DNA of 63,897 nucleotides, the filler included, from Rhabdomonas costata (lineage: Eukaryota), in assembly GCA_019059605.1 (NCBI GenBank). It is 41 parts of 41 records of this genome, joined end to end, with 100 filler letters (N's around TTAATTAATTAA, not from the genome) between each part and the next. Parts side by side here need not be neighbours in the genome. Positions count along the whole stretch, not along the records: positions 1 to 1,462 come from JAHMHO010015333.1; positions 1,563 to 3,024 come from JAHMHO010015334.1; positions 3,125 to 4,586 come from JAHMHO010015335.1; positions 4,687 to 6,148 come from JAHMHO010015336.1; positions 6,249 to 7,710 come from JAHMHO010015337.1; positions 7,811 to 9,272 come from JAHMHO010015338.1; positions 9,373 to 10,834 come from JAHMHO010015339.1; positions 10,935 to 12,395 come from JAHMHO010015340.1; 33 more parts are not named here. One strand, written 5' to 3'. Under the pieces are notes generated by a model that was given only the letters and a program-made list of their open reading frames with translations, was not told the DNA's origin and searched no databases. Position numbers and translations under genes: made by a program. This document shows, in pieces, positions 1-14,109 of the stretch; positions within the stretch are counted from its first letter, which is position 1; each line of letters begins with the position of its first letter.

Positions 1-99
1 TTGTTTGTGCCATGATGCCTGGTCACCCTTGGCAGCAGGCTGGTGGGTGAACTTTTGTGTTTGTGTTTGTGTTTGTGTGGTGATGGTGGTGCACCGCAG

Positions 100-401
100 G
101 CGGGACAGAGACCATAGCCTGGCATTATCGCAGCGCGAACGAGCACAAGGAGCGGCGGGTGCTAAAGGCCCGCGTGCAGGAGCACGGCAAAGGGATCTGG
201 CGCGCACTGGAGGACGACGAGGCGCTGGAGAAGCACCTCTCCAGCCCGAAGTTCCGTACGGATGAGCTTAGCTCGCGTGACTGCAGTGGGGCCACGCCCT
301 TCCTGTACGCCCTGCTGAAGAACCGCCTGAGGGCCGCCGCGACGCTGGTGGGGTGCGTGCAGGACAAGCTGAGCGAGTACCCCTACACGAAGAAATATGC
401 G
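100..401 (+). CDS. Internal exon of an ankyrin-repeat protein
   Basis: CAG acceptor at 97-99 and GT donor at 402. Encodes ...LSSRDCSGATPFLYALLKNRLRAAATLV..., matching the ankyrin GxTPLHxA pattern. Confidence 0.6.
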
Positions 402-1462
402 GTGAAAACCACCTTTTCCCTTTTTTGGAGATTGTTTCGGTGGTGGGGAATATAATGACGCGATTGCAATGCATTGGTGCGAGGAGATTCAACCTGGAGG
501 AGATTCAGAGTAGGGCGCAGGCAGATATCAGTTTCTGTCAGAACGAAGTTACGTGTGGTTTTGCCCAGGCTGTGTGTGCATGTGTGTGTGTGTTTAAGAG
601 AGAGAGAGATAGACCTTTCTCAGTCATCATCTCGCGACTGCTCAAGATCGTCTCCAGGCAACTTATGTCCCCAATCAGGCACCTGCTGTTCCCCCATGTT
701 TCACAAGGGAAGTCCTGTTTGGGTGGGGCCAGAGTTGACTTCATCTAATCGAATTCGCCTAATCGAGACCAGTGTGTTCGACCATGATACGGATTCGAGC
801 CGATCTCGGTGCCTGACAGTATCCGTACCAGTGTTCTACCTTCACACGCAGCTCAGTGTGTGTATGTGTGTGTTGGGGTTGGGTGTGGTTTGTTTTTCTG
901 CTTTTCAGTGGGATCTCTCCTCCTTTGTCATCCCTTAAGTGGGCGTGGGGATGGATTTAGGCTTACGAAAAGGCATTGCTCAGCCCGCTGAGCTCCCACC
1001 GGGAACTCCTGAACACCGGCATGGCCAGTGCCGCTGCTGCGGCCGCCGTCATCGAGCCGGAATGGTGGGACCTCTACACAGGCATGTTGTGGCAAATGTT
1101 TTCATTTTGGGTTCCGCACGACGTACACCAACCGGTCTTCTCCCAGCTTTTGGACAAAGGGGGGCTTTCACAGTGGAGACAAAGGATAATTCGGATGCTA
1201 GTGTGCGCCACTTTGCGGTTTCCCTCCTCATCTGATTAGCTGTGATGAAGCATTTCGCAGCTGGTCGGTTTGGACACAAGCATCACATTTGGTGTGAGGC
1301 TGAAACTGGACCCCACCACCACCACCAGCCGTGAAACAAAAGTTCGGTCCATTGTACCCAATGCTGGGTACAATGATGCCTATGATGACACAACGACAAC
1401 ACAAAAAAGTGCACGCGAAAGGTTGAATTATGTTCCTTTCGATACATGCTTCCACAAAAACC

Positions 1463-1562
1463 NNNNNNNNNNNNNNNNNNNNNNNNNNNNNNNNNNNNNN
1501 NNNNNNTTAATTAATTAANNNNNNNNNNNNNNNNNNNNNNNNNNNNNNNNNNNNNNNNNNNN
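1463..1562. other. Artificial contig-joining spacer (44 N + TTAATTAATTAA + 44 N); first of 40 copies recurring about every 1.56 kb
   Basis: Identical 100-nt block repeated throughout. TTAATTAATTAA places stops in all six frames. Contigs are all ~1460-1462 nt, as in a length-sorted concatenation. Confidence 0.99.
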
Positions 1563-3130
1563 TGTTGGGGGGTGCAAGCCCAGGGCCAGGAGCCGCGATA
1601 GGCTCAAGAAGGCTGCTGGCCCTGGGAGATTCGTCGGGGACAACTGCCGCATGAGTAACGAGCTCCAGCTCAGACGGACCCACGGCTTCTGTTCGGCCCT
1701 TTCGCTTCAGCGAAAACCATTCAATTATTATCCAGGACGCTTCTGCGATGGTGCACCCGAGAACTGAAAGTGGGACGACGAGCATTTTACAATGACCCAG
1801 TGGCCCGGATACGGACACGATATGCGCGGGAGGGAGAGGAAAGGCTGGACGAGAAAAAGAAAGTTCTGGTCTGGTTGTTTTCTTTTAGCGAGTCGGCCCA
1901 TAGACCGCCACGCAGCAGGCCTTCTTCATTTACAGCAGTTTTTTTTTTCTCGTTTAAGCCTTTTAAAGGCCTCATCCAACACATGTACGCATTTGGTATG
2001 GAGTCAAAAGCAAGATGCTCTAAGCCCTGAAAAATATTCTTGACTTGCTTATGTTTTGCAACACGCCTTTGCTTCGGTGCAGAGTGCTGCTTCTCTTCTG
2101 TTTCTACGTATGACACTGTAAATGAGTACGTTCCTTCTACCCAAATTGTGAACATTACAATACAAAGTAAACGGATTATGAAACACCCATCAATCACAGC
2201 GCATCATGTCGCGAAGCAAACGAAAACTCGAATATTTTTTCACTCAATTTCATTTTGAGCATATACTTTTGGACAAATAGGGCACTGCGACAGAAGCACA
2301 GTGGATACATTCCCAATTTTGGGAAGGGAATGTTGGTGGATGATGATGATGATGCGGATGAAAACCAAAATGAAACGCGCCAAGCCCAGAGCAGGAGCAG
2401 CGCGACCACAACCAAGACTTTGTTCTAGCCAGTATGACTTGGCGAGTGCACATTCAGTGGGAGTATATTTGTAACTTTGAAATGCGACGCACACCCGTAA
2501 ATCAAAGCGCTTGCTCCCGTATTCAATGGGCTTCACACCAATTGATGGCCAGGCTCTCCTCATTGCTGTATACTTTTCCAGAAGATTATGCTTCGCAGAC
2601 CACGCCAAACCTTCCTTGTAATGCAAAGGTCACATCACGCAATCTTAGAGGGCGCCGCAGGAAAACCTGCAACTGGAAGCACGCAAATATAGCGCGGTAG
2701 CGCACAGCGTAAAAAAAAACACAGCTCGCACACACAAACGGGACTGGATCCTTTCTCGGCGTGTAACAGCGGAGTCAGAGGAGGACATTGGGAGCCATGG
2801 GAGCCATGTGGATTGGGATGAAAGGATGGCTAGGAAGCAGCCCTGTGGATTCTAGTAGACAGAACTCAATTTAAAAAGGATCGTCTCCAAAGTAAAAAAA
2901 ATGGCAAATAAATACTTCGGAAACTTTCTGGCTTGCCCGAGAGATTTGAAATTTGACCTATAAGGACCATAAAATGCTCAAAAATATCGACAATTAGGTT
3001 CAAAAAAAAAGCCAACAATTCCACNNNNNNNNNNNNNNNNNNNNNNNNNNNNNNNNNNNNNNNNNNNNTTAATTAATTAANNNNNNNNNNNNNNNNNNNN
3101 NNNNNNNNNNNNNNNNNNNNNNNNGTTTGG

Positions 3131-3262
3131 GTGTGATATTCTGCATTCCAAAACAATGACAGGTGATGACTTGGAGATTTCTTTTTAAGTAGAGCAACTC
3201 GAACTTAAAAAGAAATCTCCAAGTCATCACCTGTCATCGTTTTGGAATGCAGAATATCACAC
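3131..3262. repeat. Inverted repeat: 60-bp arms (1 mismatch), 12-nt loop, upstream of a UGGT exon (intronic)
   Basis: 3131-3190 is the reverse complement of 3203-3262 except for one A/G difference. Confidence 0.95.
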
Positions 3263-3325
3263 TTGAACCGTACCTATTGCAAAGGAGCGCGGCTGGTGCG
3301 CCTCTCCCCCGTTCCCCATGGACAG

Positions 3326-4040
3326 GTCACTCGTAAGAAGGGCATGGAGGAGGCTGAGCTGCTTTCAGACGATGAGCTGCCCACGCAGCAAGTATCCCAG
3401 CAGGCCGAGGCCTCGAGCGGGCTCTGGGGCTCCCTCAGCTCGCTGTGGGGAAAGGTGCACCGGTGCTCAAACTTCTGTGTGCGTGCTTTATTCACAGGCC
3501 TTCGAGAGGTCGGCCAATGAATTAGTGGCCCCAGACCATTCAGCCACTGCCACTTCCATTGCCGTTGTCACACCGCCATCGGTTTGGACAGAGGTAGTCG
3601 GTGACAAAGCGGAAGCAACAGAACTGGATGGTCCGCAACCCGCATTCCGCATCCGTCGTCATAACATTCCCTGCACCCAGTGCACATCTGATGATTGGGG
3701 CTTTTTGCCAGCCTCACAGACTGCGAAACATGACAGCGGCACTCTGTGCAGGCTTTGAAATCGGCGCTCACCAACAGGCTGCCATGGTTCACTTAGCCCC
3801 GTAAGTTCAGTAAGGGGGCATCCTTGCTTATGCTTTTGGGCTGTGTATCTCCGTGTGTGCAACGAAAAGGGTGAGCAGGCCGCTAGCGGCTCGCCACGCG
3901 CGTCGGAGCCTGCCTCCACAGGGGCAGCCGCCCCCTCCCCTCCACGCACCCCCACGCTGAACATCTTCAGCATTGCCTCTGGCCATCTTTACGAACGCTT
4001 GCTGAAGGTGATGATCCACACTGTGACGAACCACACGAAG
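3326..4040 (+). CDS. UGGT: UDP-glucose:glycoprotein glucosyltransferase, two exons (~3326-3454, ~3870-4040)
   Basis: TLNIFSIASGHLYERLLKVMIHTVTNHTK matches the start of the UGGT GT24 catalytic domain. The upstream exon has the linker VTRKKGMEEAELL. GT donors at 3455 and 4041. Confidence 0.92.
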
Positions 4041-5466
4041 GTTTGACAGCACCCCTCTTCTCCTTGGGCACGCTTTTTTGACCGAGTGCAAACGCACAAG
4101 GTGGTCCTCATGTGGCCTGCGTAATCTCAAGAGTTTGAGGTTGGGGTGGACACAAAAGAAAAGGCTGAAAAGAGTCAACGGCATTTCCAGGTCAAAACCA
4201 GTTTCTTGAGACTTTTTGGTTGTTGTTTTTTATGAGTAAGAGTGCACCTTTTTCTGCTGTGACTTTTTCAGGTGACGCAGACAATAAAAAAATAGCAAAC
4301 AAAAAACCGATACAACCGATACACGCAAAAAAAAAAAAGAGAAGAAAATCACAGGTCGATTTTCCAAATCCGAACGCACCATGTCATTGCTCCACAGCAG
4401 GGCGCATGTCATGTGCAGTGGATTGCACACGATCTTGAGGAATCTGTGTGAGGCTTCCTTGCTCCCGCTCCCGAGCTGCCTGGACTCCGCGGGGGGGTGC
4501 ACCTTTTGGAAGGAAGGGGTGTGGGGCGAATTCCCCTTGGTCCCGTTGATTCCTTCCTTCTGGCTCTCCAGAGTACTCCGAACTCCNNNNNNNNNNNNNN
4601 NNNNNNNNNNNNNNNNNNNNNNNNNNNNNNTTAATTAATTAANNNNNNNNNNNNNNNNNNNNNNNNNNNNNNNNNNNNNNNNNNNNGTGTGTCGGGCGCG
4701 GTGCGGGGGCGTGTGGCGCTGGGGCTGCGACGCGGCGGCGGCATGTTTCGAAGGGGTAAAAAAGGGGAAAACCCTAAAGCTGTGCCTGGCCATCGAAGAA
4801 CCCCCAAACATGAGAGGCAGGAAGACTGTAAAAATCATCTTCCTCCTCTGCTGGACCACGTATCAGGACAAAAACGGATCTGCAGGCTTTCTTCGGAACC
4901 TCGAAAAATTTAAACCTCCAGCGACTAGGAGAAAAGCGTATCAACAGATCCGCAATCACCGCTCGCATTCAACAAGTCCATATATTACGTTTCATCTCGG
5001 TAGAGGATTAAGCCCAGCAGAGTGACCGTTCCAAGGCAGGTTGTCTGCACTCGAAGAAAGATTGACAAGGAAAGATATAAAACCGTACAAACCCACCCAG
5101 CCCAAAACCATGCAGGGCAAGACGCATGCCTTCCCTGCCAATAAGCCGACATACCTGTCACACAAGTCTTTTGCAGAGGAGAGGGAAAGCGGCCAACCCA
5201 GAGGCTCTTTACTTTGCACCAAACGCGCCGTCGTTTCCACGCGGGCTGCCAGCGGTTTACCGGAATGACCCGTTTCCCGTGTTCTGCCCATACGGCACGA
5301 CAGCAACGTGTGAACGCCACGCAAAAATGTAAATGAACGCCACTCTATGAAAAATTGTACACGAAAAAACTCGAAGCCCCTCCCTGTTCATAAAAAGTCC
5401 GCTGTAATTCATCGACACTGTGACATACTGTTCAGCACCACACAGGTCTTCGGGCGCAGGTCTCTG

Positions 5467-6148
5467 TCACTTCAAGGTCCCCACGCAGCACTTCCTCGGC
5501 AAGGATGACCCACATCTGCGACTGAAAGACTCGATGAGGTCTTTGGGGAGGGCGCAGAGTGCCAGGTAATAAGCGGTTAAGCTCAGCTGGGAGGGAACGA
5601 GCTTCATTGAGCATGAATAGTTGAACACTGATGCCAGACCTCTGAGGGAGAAGTCAGAAGCAATCCAAGCAGGCCGAGCAACAATAGCGGACCCAGCCTG
5701 GGGAGTAAGGCCATCCTGAAGCCCCCGGAAGCACCGAAGTAGATCGGGGGCAGATGAATCTACGATGCGCTTCGACAAAGCGGCTCGCAATCGCTCATTT
5801 TAGCAATTAGCTTAGAAAAATCCTTCGATACACAGAGACAAAGCCAGAGCGAAACATTGTACAGGGTAACCTTCGAAAGCAAGGACCACAAAGCTGTATC
5901 CTGTACCCCGGCCTTCGGAAACCGTTCACACAGTTAGCCTCATGCTGCGCACTCATCCTTCCCGATTCTCGAATCACTGCTTCAGCCAAAGCCGACCACA
6001 ATCCTGGGTCCTGAACCTCAGCCTTCGGAAACCCGTTCACACAGTTGGCGATCTGCTGCGCATTCATCCTTCCCGATTCTCGAATCGCTGCTTCAGCCAA
6101 AGCCGACCACAATCCTCGATCCTGTACCCCGGATTTCGGAAACCCAAC
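5467..6148 (-). pseudogene. Degenerate 37-aa helical-repeat (HPR/FAST-RAP-like) protein gene with a 111-bp tandem repeat
   Basis: 111-nt period (5925 vs 6036) encoding WSALAEAAIRESGRMNAQQIANCVNGFPKAEVQDPGL (37 aa). A 1-nt deletion near 5922 shifts the frame and stops follow. Confidence 0.7.
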
Positions 6149-6248
6149 NNNNNNNNNNNNNNNNNNNNNNNNNNNNNNNNNNNNNNNNNNNNTTAATTAA
6201 TTAANNNNNNNNNNNNNNNNNNNNNNNNNNNNNNNNNNNNNNNNNNNN

Positions 6249-7385
6249 GGTGGTGGTGCTAAACACCATGGAAGACATCGAAAGAGTGGTATCCGCCGCC
6301 AGGACCGAGTGCATAGACTCCACAGTGAGCGCGCTGACCGTGTTCATGTCGGGGACATGGGACTTTTCAGCCGGAATGGAGGTGATGGCGGAGGACTCGG
6401 CCGGGTTCGCAACGAAGCTGGTTGGGTGTTGCTCCGACCAAAGCAAAGCAGGGCTCCCACTGCAGAAGCTTCCAGCAGGGCAGCCACCGGGCGAGGGATG
6501 ACCCGGGGATGGAGGGACGATTGCACAAATTTCCTCATCCGCAGGGTCTTCGGGAGCTCCGGGGTTCCCTCGCACATACGCAGACAGGGAAAGATCCATG
6601 CTTCTCTGTTCTGAGGGGCGTTCCTCGGTGCTGCCGTTATTTTGGGGCAGGGGGCAGCACTCCGAGGCTTCTAGCTCCCCAGGAGCGAGTTGAAAGGACT
6701 GACGGCGATAAGACGGGTCACCAGACGTCAAAGACGAACTCAGCAACCCGTTGGGAGAGCTCAGGGTGCTCTTTTGGAACTCTTGCACCCACAGTGGGGA
6801 ACTCAGGGGAAGCTCCGATCGTGAAGAGGAGAAAAGCTTTCTCCGGGTCGACCCCATCGTGGAAGGGAAACTGAACTGGGCGTTCACAAAATCGGAAGCG
6901 CTGGCTTGAGAAGGGGTCCGCCATGGCAACTCTGACACTTCGAGATTGACCACGGGTGACGCTAGGGTGTTTCCGTGGGAGGTACTCGGCGCCACCTCTG
7001 TGGTGTCGCTTGGAATGATTTCCTCCTGGGCCATAGGGACGGGTGCCTTAGTGGTGGGTTGGTCTACATTCTCGAAGCTACACGATGGGACACCATTGGC
7101 GAGGCTTTTCTGCACAGACAGGAAGGACACCGCCTCGAAGGACGGGGGGGAGGTCAGCAGAAAGGACTCCTCTGGGGGCAACTCGAACAGGGTGGCCTGC
7201 TGCGGGCTCTCATCCTCGAGTACCTTGCAGAGCACCCCCTTTTCCAGCAAGGGGCACAACCGCTCGTCAAGGTGGGGAGGCAAGGAGAATGACCCCGAGA
7301 GGTTCTCTGCAGGAGAGGCTGCGCCCAGCATTAAAACAGGCACCTTCCCACCGCTCACATTCTTTTCAACGTATAGTCTCACCAC
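6249..7385 (-). CDS. Long Ser/Pro-rich exon of an unknown protein
   Basis: More than 1.1 kb of open frame running off the contig. Low complexity, no recognisable domain. Confidence 0.6.
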
Positions 7386-9395
7386 GCTGAAAGAAACTGG
7401 GTCTGTGAAAGTACATAATTGCACACATACAGGCACAAAATGGCAAAGTCCTTACAAAGGCACCTAAGTCTCTCACACTCACACGAGTCCAGAAGCAGAC
7501 TGTGCCTTTGAAACAGTTCCGGGTGAACTCCGCTGTCAAATCCAAAAGCGAAATTAGCCACAGCCTACCCCAAGCGACTATGCGGGAATTTATATTCTCT
7601 TAATGGGCGGACCTCTCCGCCCTCTCGCTTTCTTTTGATTAGGGAGGAAGAGCCTCTGCCCTGATACAGAAGTTGCCCGCCCTCCCTAAAACGGAAGGTG
7701 AAACCACACCNNNNNNNNNNNNNNNNNNNNNNNNNNNNNNNNNNNNNNNNNNNNTTAATTAATTAANNNNNNNNNNNNNNNNNNNNNNNNNNNNNNNNNN
7801 NNNNNNNNNNTGTGGGGGAGAGTGCCGCGTGCGTGCCCGCAGCGCGTCCCGTGAGAACATTCTGTATATTCCATTTAAGCTGCTGGGCGATGGCCATGGT
7901 GCGCTGTCCATGGGCCTTGTTACTTCGAGTTTTACTCTGCGGTGGGTTCTCCGGGTGGACAGAGGGGGAGAGAAGTGCGGTGGGACGAAGAGCAGATTCC
8001 TGCTTCAGCTTCCTTTCTTCTCTTCTTCTTTCCTTTGGTTTCTTCAGATTTTCCCCCCTGACTTTCTCGGAGACTCACCTTGTTCGCTACGCGCTGCTTT
8101 AGCGCCTTGCTTTCAGGGCTTATGCTGTAACCCCTGTGATGGTTGCAATGGTGTGGTGGTCTGACTTTGGCTTCTGGCTCTAGCTTTTTCGAAAAACTCG
8201 AGCCCTGGTTCAGCACTCCACCGGCATTCACCAGAGCTCGAGCCGAATCCTTCCCGCTTGATGCCATGTGCCAGACGGATCCTCATTGGCTTTATCGGCT
8301 CATTGAGAACCTTTGTACCATTCCTGCTGAAAAGTCCTAACAAAAAATAAGGCCACTGGAGGACATTCTCTGTGTCTTGCCTTGTGCGGGTTTTTAAGCC
8401 ACATCTTCGGTGATTTACGACGACAAAAGAGGAGGCGTTCTCCAATCCTGGCAAAAAAAAGAGGGAATACCCACGCTACTATGGGACATTGACAGCTTTT
8501 AATTGTAAGCAGACACCACAGATGGAACGCAAACAAGAAGTCCAAAACGACTTCGAGCAAGGAAGCAATAAGCACTGGAAAACGAGGTGTGTGGGGGAGG
8601 TGAGGGGAATTGGAGAGGAATCTCAGGAAGGACTGAAATGGAAGCCCCACTCACCACACCAAGGCCTGTCAACCGGAAGCCACCCATTTATCTGTCACAC
8701 GCAGTATTCCAGGCAGCCTTGCAGAGAATTCCAAACTTCCTGGATTACGACCCTTCCGCTTTCTCGTCAACATGAATGCGAAGGTTGGAAAGAGTTCCCT
8801 TTCTTGCAATCCCGGGTGTTGTTTTACCGCTACGCTGACCCTCGCGCTAAAACAAGTTTGTTCAGCGAGCTTCACAAAACAAACCCTTTGGCATATTTCG
8901 ATCCCACCACCTTGACATTCACGAGCAAAGGTCCGCCCGCCTGAAGAGCTCGGTGCACATCACACATGTGATGTGACATCGCGCAAGATCGAGTAGTGCG
9001 TGGCCCAAAGTTAGCCACCCGCAAAGTGAGAGTACGTTTGTGCCTGGGTCTGGTCAAGTCTAAACTACCATTGGAGGCAGCATTGTGCTCAGTTTCCAAT
9101 GGAACAACAAGGAAGGTGGCTTTTTAGCAAACACCAGCTCTTCTGAGAAAATTAGAATCTGTCTGCATTGGATTGGGACGGGATGCTCTCTGCTCCCATT
9201 CTCCTTTTCAGCCCTTCCCTGATTCCTGAGTCTCTGCGGCTTGCTCCGCTTACTTTCGCTTCGAAAAACCACNNNNNNNNNNNNNNNNNNNNNNNNNNNN
9301 NNNNNNNNNNNNNNNNTTAATTAATTAANNNNNNNNNNNNNNNNNNNNNNNNNNNNNNNNNNNNNNNNNNNNGGGGGGTTGGGGAGGAGCGAAAC

Positions 9396-10832
<1,437 letters not shown>

Positions 10833-10946
10833 AANNNNNNNNNNNNNNNNNNNNNNNNNNNNNNNNNNNNNNNNNNNNTTAATTAATTAANNNNNNNNNN
10901 NNNNNNNNNNNNNNNNNNNNNNNNNNNNNNNNNNGGGGGTTGTGAA

Positions 10947-12245
10947 TCAAAGCTCCGAGAACAGAGGGTCCACCTTGGCCCACACCCCCTCAACACTCCC
11001 CGTGGCCTCGATACTCCGCAGCTTCTGCAGGGCGTCGTAATACAGCAGCACGGGCTCAGACTGGGCGTGGAATGACTTCAGCCTCTTCTGGATGGTCTCC
11101 AGGTTGTCGTCGGCTCGCCCGCTGGTCTTTGCACGGTTGAGCAGCCGCACAACAAGGGTATCGTCAGGCACGGCGAAGGACAGCACAAAGGTACAGGTGG
11201 CCACCTGCCGCAGTGTCACCCCCCACCTACTCTCGAACAGCAATGACCTCCAAAATGCCAACCGTCCCAAAAACATCCATACATCGACACGAAAGCCCGC
11301 TACTCAACACAATGAAAAATGACTGACAAACACTGGAGCAAACATCTTTTTGAGATTTTTTCTCGATTTCTCAATAACCAACGCTCACCGAACACGTAGC
11401 GAGAATGAGAGAGGGATAGAGAAAGGTGAAACCCCCCCATACGGTGCGCTCGAAAGCGATGGCCTGGCCCATTTCCCGCGGAAATCCATCGATCAACAGG
11501 AAGGGCGTTCCGGGGTCACAGCTGCACGCTGCTCTTCGAAGGAGCCCGATAGTGATATGCCCGGGCACGATCTGACCCTTTTATGGAAAGAAAATGATAT
11601 TCCGAGAGGGCCGATGCAACGCTCGCCATTAGCAAAGGAACGGCATCAAGCAAAGAACTAAGATATCTTCGAAACTTTGCAGACCACTTCGAACACTTTT
11701 TGGGGAGCACATTAAAGAGCAACGTTTTTCTTGCCGCAATCCTAAAAAAGTTACAAGCGTCTTGACCAATGCTCAGTGTGTGTCGATACGTGTGTGCGGA
11801 CTGCGACGTTCAGTCTGGCACAAACAGGAGACAAAAACCCCACAGAGGTCAAGTAACGTCTCAGAGAGTAAGCACAAGAGAATGCACCTCCTTCATCATC
11901 TGCTCCAGCATCTTGCCTTGCTCCGAGCCACTCTTGACCTCCTCCCGCAGCAAGTCGCCCGCGCTGAGGTGCAAGCACTTGTACTTCTCCACGAGCTTCG
12001 CGCACTGCGTCCCCTAGAAATATAGTGAGTTGCAAACGCAGTGGCTATGCGATGTGCTTCAACGCCTTGAACGCCCCTGGTCCTCCAGAAACCGGTGCCA
12101 AAACAACTTGGGGTGTCTCAACAGCACTTAGAAAAACGGGGAACCTTTCCACAGCCCGGCCCGCCCAGCACGAAGATGATCTTGGGCAGCGACGAGGGCT
12201 CCACAAAGAGGGGCATCACGTTGGCTCAAACCTCGTCCACGGAGC
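10947..12245 (-). CDS. Adenylate kinase / UMP-CMP kinase family, last domain of a probable multi-domain protein; exons 12145-12245, 11888-12013, 11443-11577, 10947-11204
   Basis: [16 protein letters not shown] (P-loop), [16 protein letters not shown] and GRADDN..TIQKRL. All introns are GT-AG and in phase. Confidence 0.95.
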
Positions 12246-13499
12246 CTGAAAAGTGGAAGTAAAAATTGGAAAGGAAACTCACCCGGTCGCAGAAGAGACG
12301 AGGCTAACAGAAAACCGAACTGGCATGTGTAACGTGGCATGAATGAAAGACAGGTATATCTTTTAAACTGACCAGCAGCAGCATGACCCACACACNNNNN
12401 NNNNNNNNNNNNNNNNNNNNNNNNNNNNNNNNNNNNNNNTTAATTAATTAANNNNNNNNNNNNNNNNNNNNNNNNNNNNNNNNNNNNNNNNNNNNGTGGG
12501 TTGGTTCCCCTTTCCCCTCGTGGGTCAATGTTGGTACAAAAACTGCGCCCATAGCGTGGATTTCTCAACATTGACTTTTTCGGGGGATAGGGGAACTGAA
12601 GACCCAGACGCTACATTAAGAGCAGATTTTTGACTATGTTTGCCCATGTTTGCCTAATCTTGGGTTATTTTTGCCTATTTGGGGCTACATTTACCTATTT
12701 TTGGCTAATTTTGAGCATTTTATGGTCGTTACAGGTCAAGTTTGACTCTTCCTGGAGACTTCAAAAGCGAGCAAGGGGAGGTCATGGTGCAAGAAGGAAT
12801 TTCAGGGGAAGGACCACCAAAAAATGAACTAGACCCCTCGGGAAGGGCGTGCCCGGAAGTTTGGGAATTAATTGCCATTTTTTCTGTGGAAAGGATCCTT
12901 TTTAAATTGAGTTGTGTCAGTGATTATTTGAGAACATTGAGGAAATGGAGCGAATGCAGCAATATGCACCCTGGCGAGCGAGTGGTTCACTTCAGATTTC
13001 ACCCCCAACCCTCAAGGACACCGTCAGTTCGACTCTCCGTTTCGGGCTCCTCCGAGCCGGGGCTCCCCAGGAAGCGGCACAGGCAAGCAAAGCAGGTTGG
13101 CTGCCCCCCAGAGCAATTCAGCGGTGCTTGTTCAGAGTCTGCAAGGCAACCACAGGTGCAGCCCGAGGGGAAGGAGCACCCCTGGCAATTGTTCAAGCCA
13201 AGCAAAGGCATTCTGCTGTACAAAAACAAAGGAATAGGGGGAAAGCACTGGCAGCAGAAAGCTTCAAACATCAGTGGTAATTACAAACTGAGGGCTAAGC
13301 TTAAGCAGGCATTTTGTGCCGATCCTGGATCAAAAGCAAGAACAAAAGCTGAAAGAATACTGTGGTTTCCGCAATGGGAACGCTGTCATCTCATAAGTTA
13401 AACAGACCCAGCCAAACACAAATTCCCAGCAACGCCAGTGTCTTCGATGAGCTGGTCGATTGCGTTCTAAACGAGAGGCAAGCATGACTGATGCCCACG

Positions 13500-13956
13500 G
13501 GTGGGATTACTGGGGAAAATCACTGCCAACAAATGATATGAGAACAAACAGAAAACCAGGTCTTGTACAATCTTCGTCCACTTTCTCGATCAATGAAAAC
13601 GCCCCAACCACTCTCAACGGTTGAACAATGGAACAAAGAAGTACCTCGTCCATCCTGACCGCAACTCTGGCCAACTGTTCACGTGGGTACAACTGCACAA
13701 CATGGGGTACAACAAAACACATGTCCAAATGACGCAATAGTAATCAGTTCGAGGACGCGGCAGCTTCCAGGCGCAATGCTTCGGGCCTCACACTTAGAAA
13801 CTTTCGTCGGCACCAAAAAAAAGTTCCCGTAGGGCTCGATCTTCAACACTTGCCTTTGGAAAGCCTTCAACACAGTAGGCAATGTCCTGCGCATTCATTC
13901 TTTCGAACTCACGAACGGCTGCTTGAGATAAAGCGGCCCACAACTCTGGGTCCTGA
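13500..13956 (-). pseudogene. Second degenerate member of the 37-aa helical-repeat family
   Basis: Minus strand from 13955 reads QDPELWAALSQAAVREFERMNAQDIAYCVEGFPKASVEDRAL, clearly homologous to the 5900-6148 repeat. A stop follows soon after. Confidence 0.65.
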
Positions 13957-14109
13957 NNNNNNNNNNNNNNNNNNNNNNNNNNNNNNNNNNNNNNNNNNNN
14001 TTAATTAATTAANNNNNNNNNNNNNNNNNNNNNNNNNNNNNNNNNNNNNNNNNNNNTTTTGGTTTTTTTTCAAAGATTATTTTGGCCCGCCCCCCACTCC
14101 ATCCCTTCG

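Noticed and set aside
1463..1562. Regularly spaced TTAATTAATTAA repeats, and ORFs ending in XXX-LIN
   Set aside because: Artificial linker, not a CRISPR array or biological repeat.
12742..13401. 219-aa ORF and most other ORF-track entries
   Set aside because: No recognisable homology. Most are shadow frames or intron read-through.
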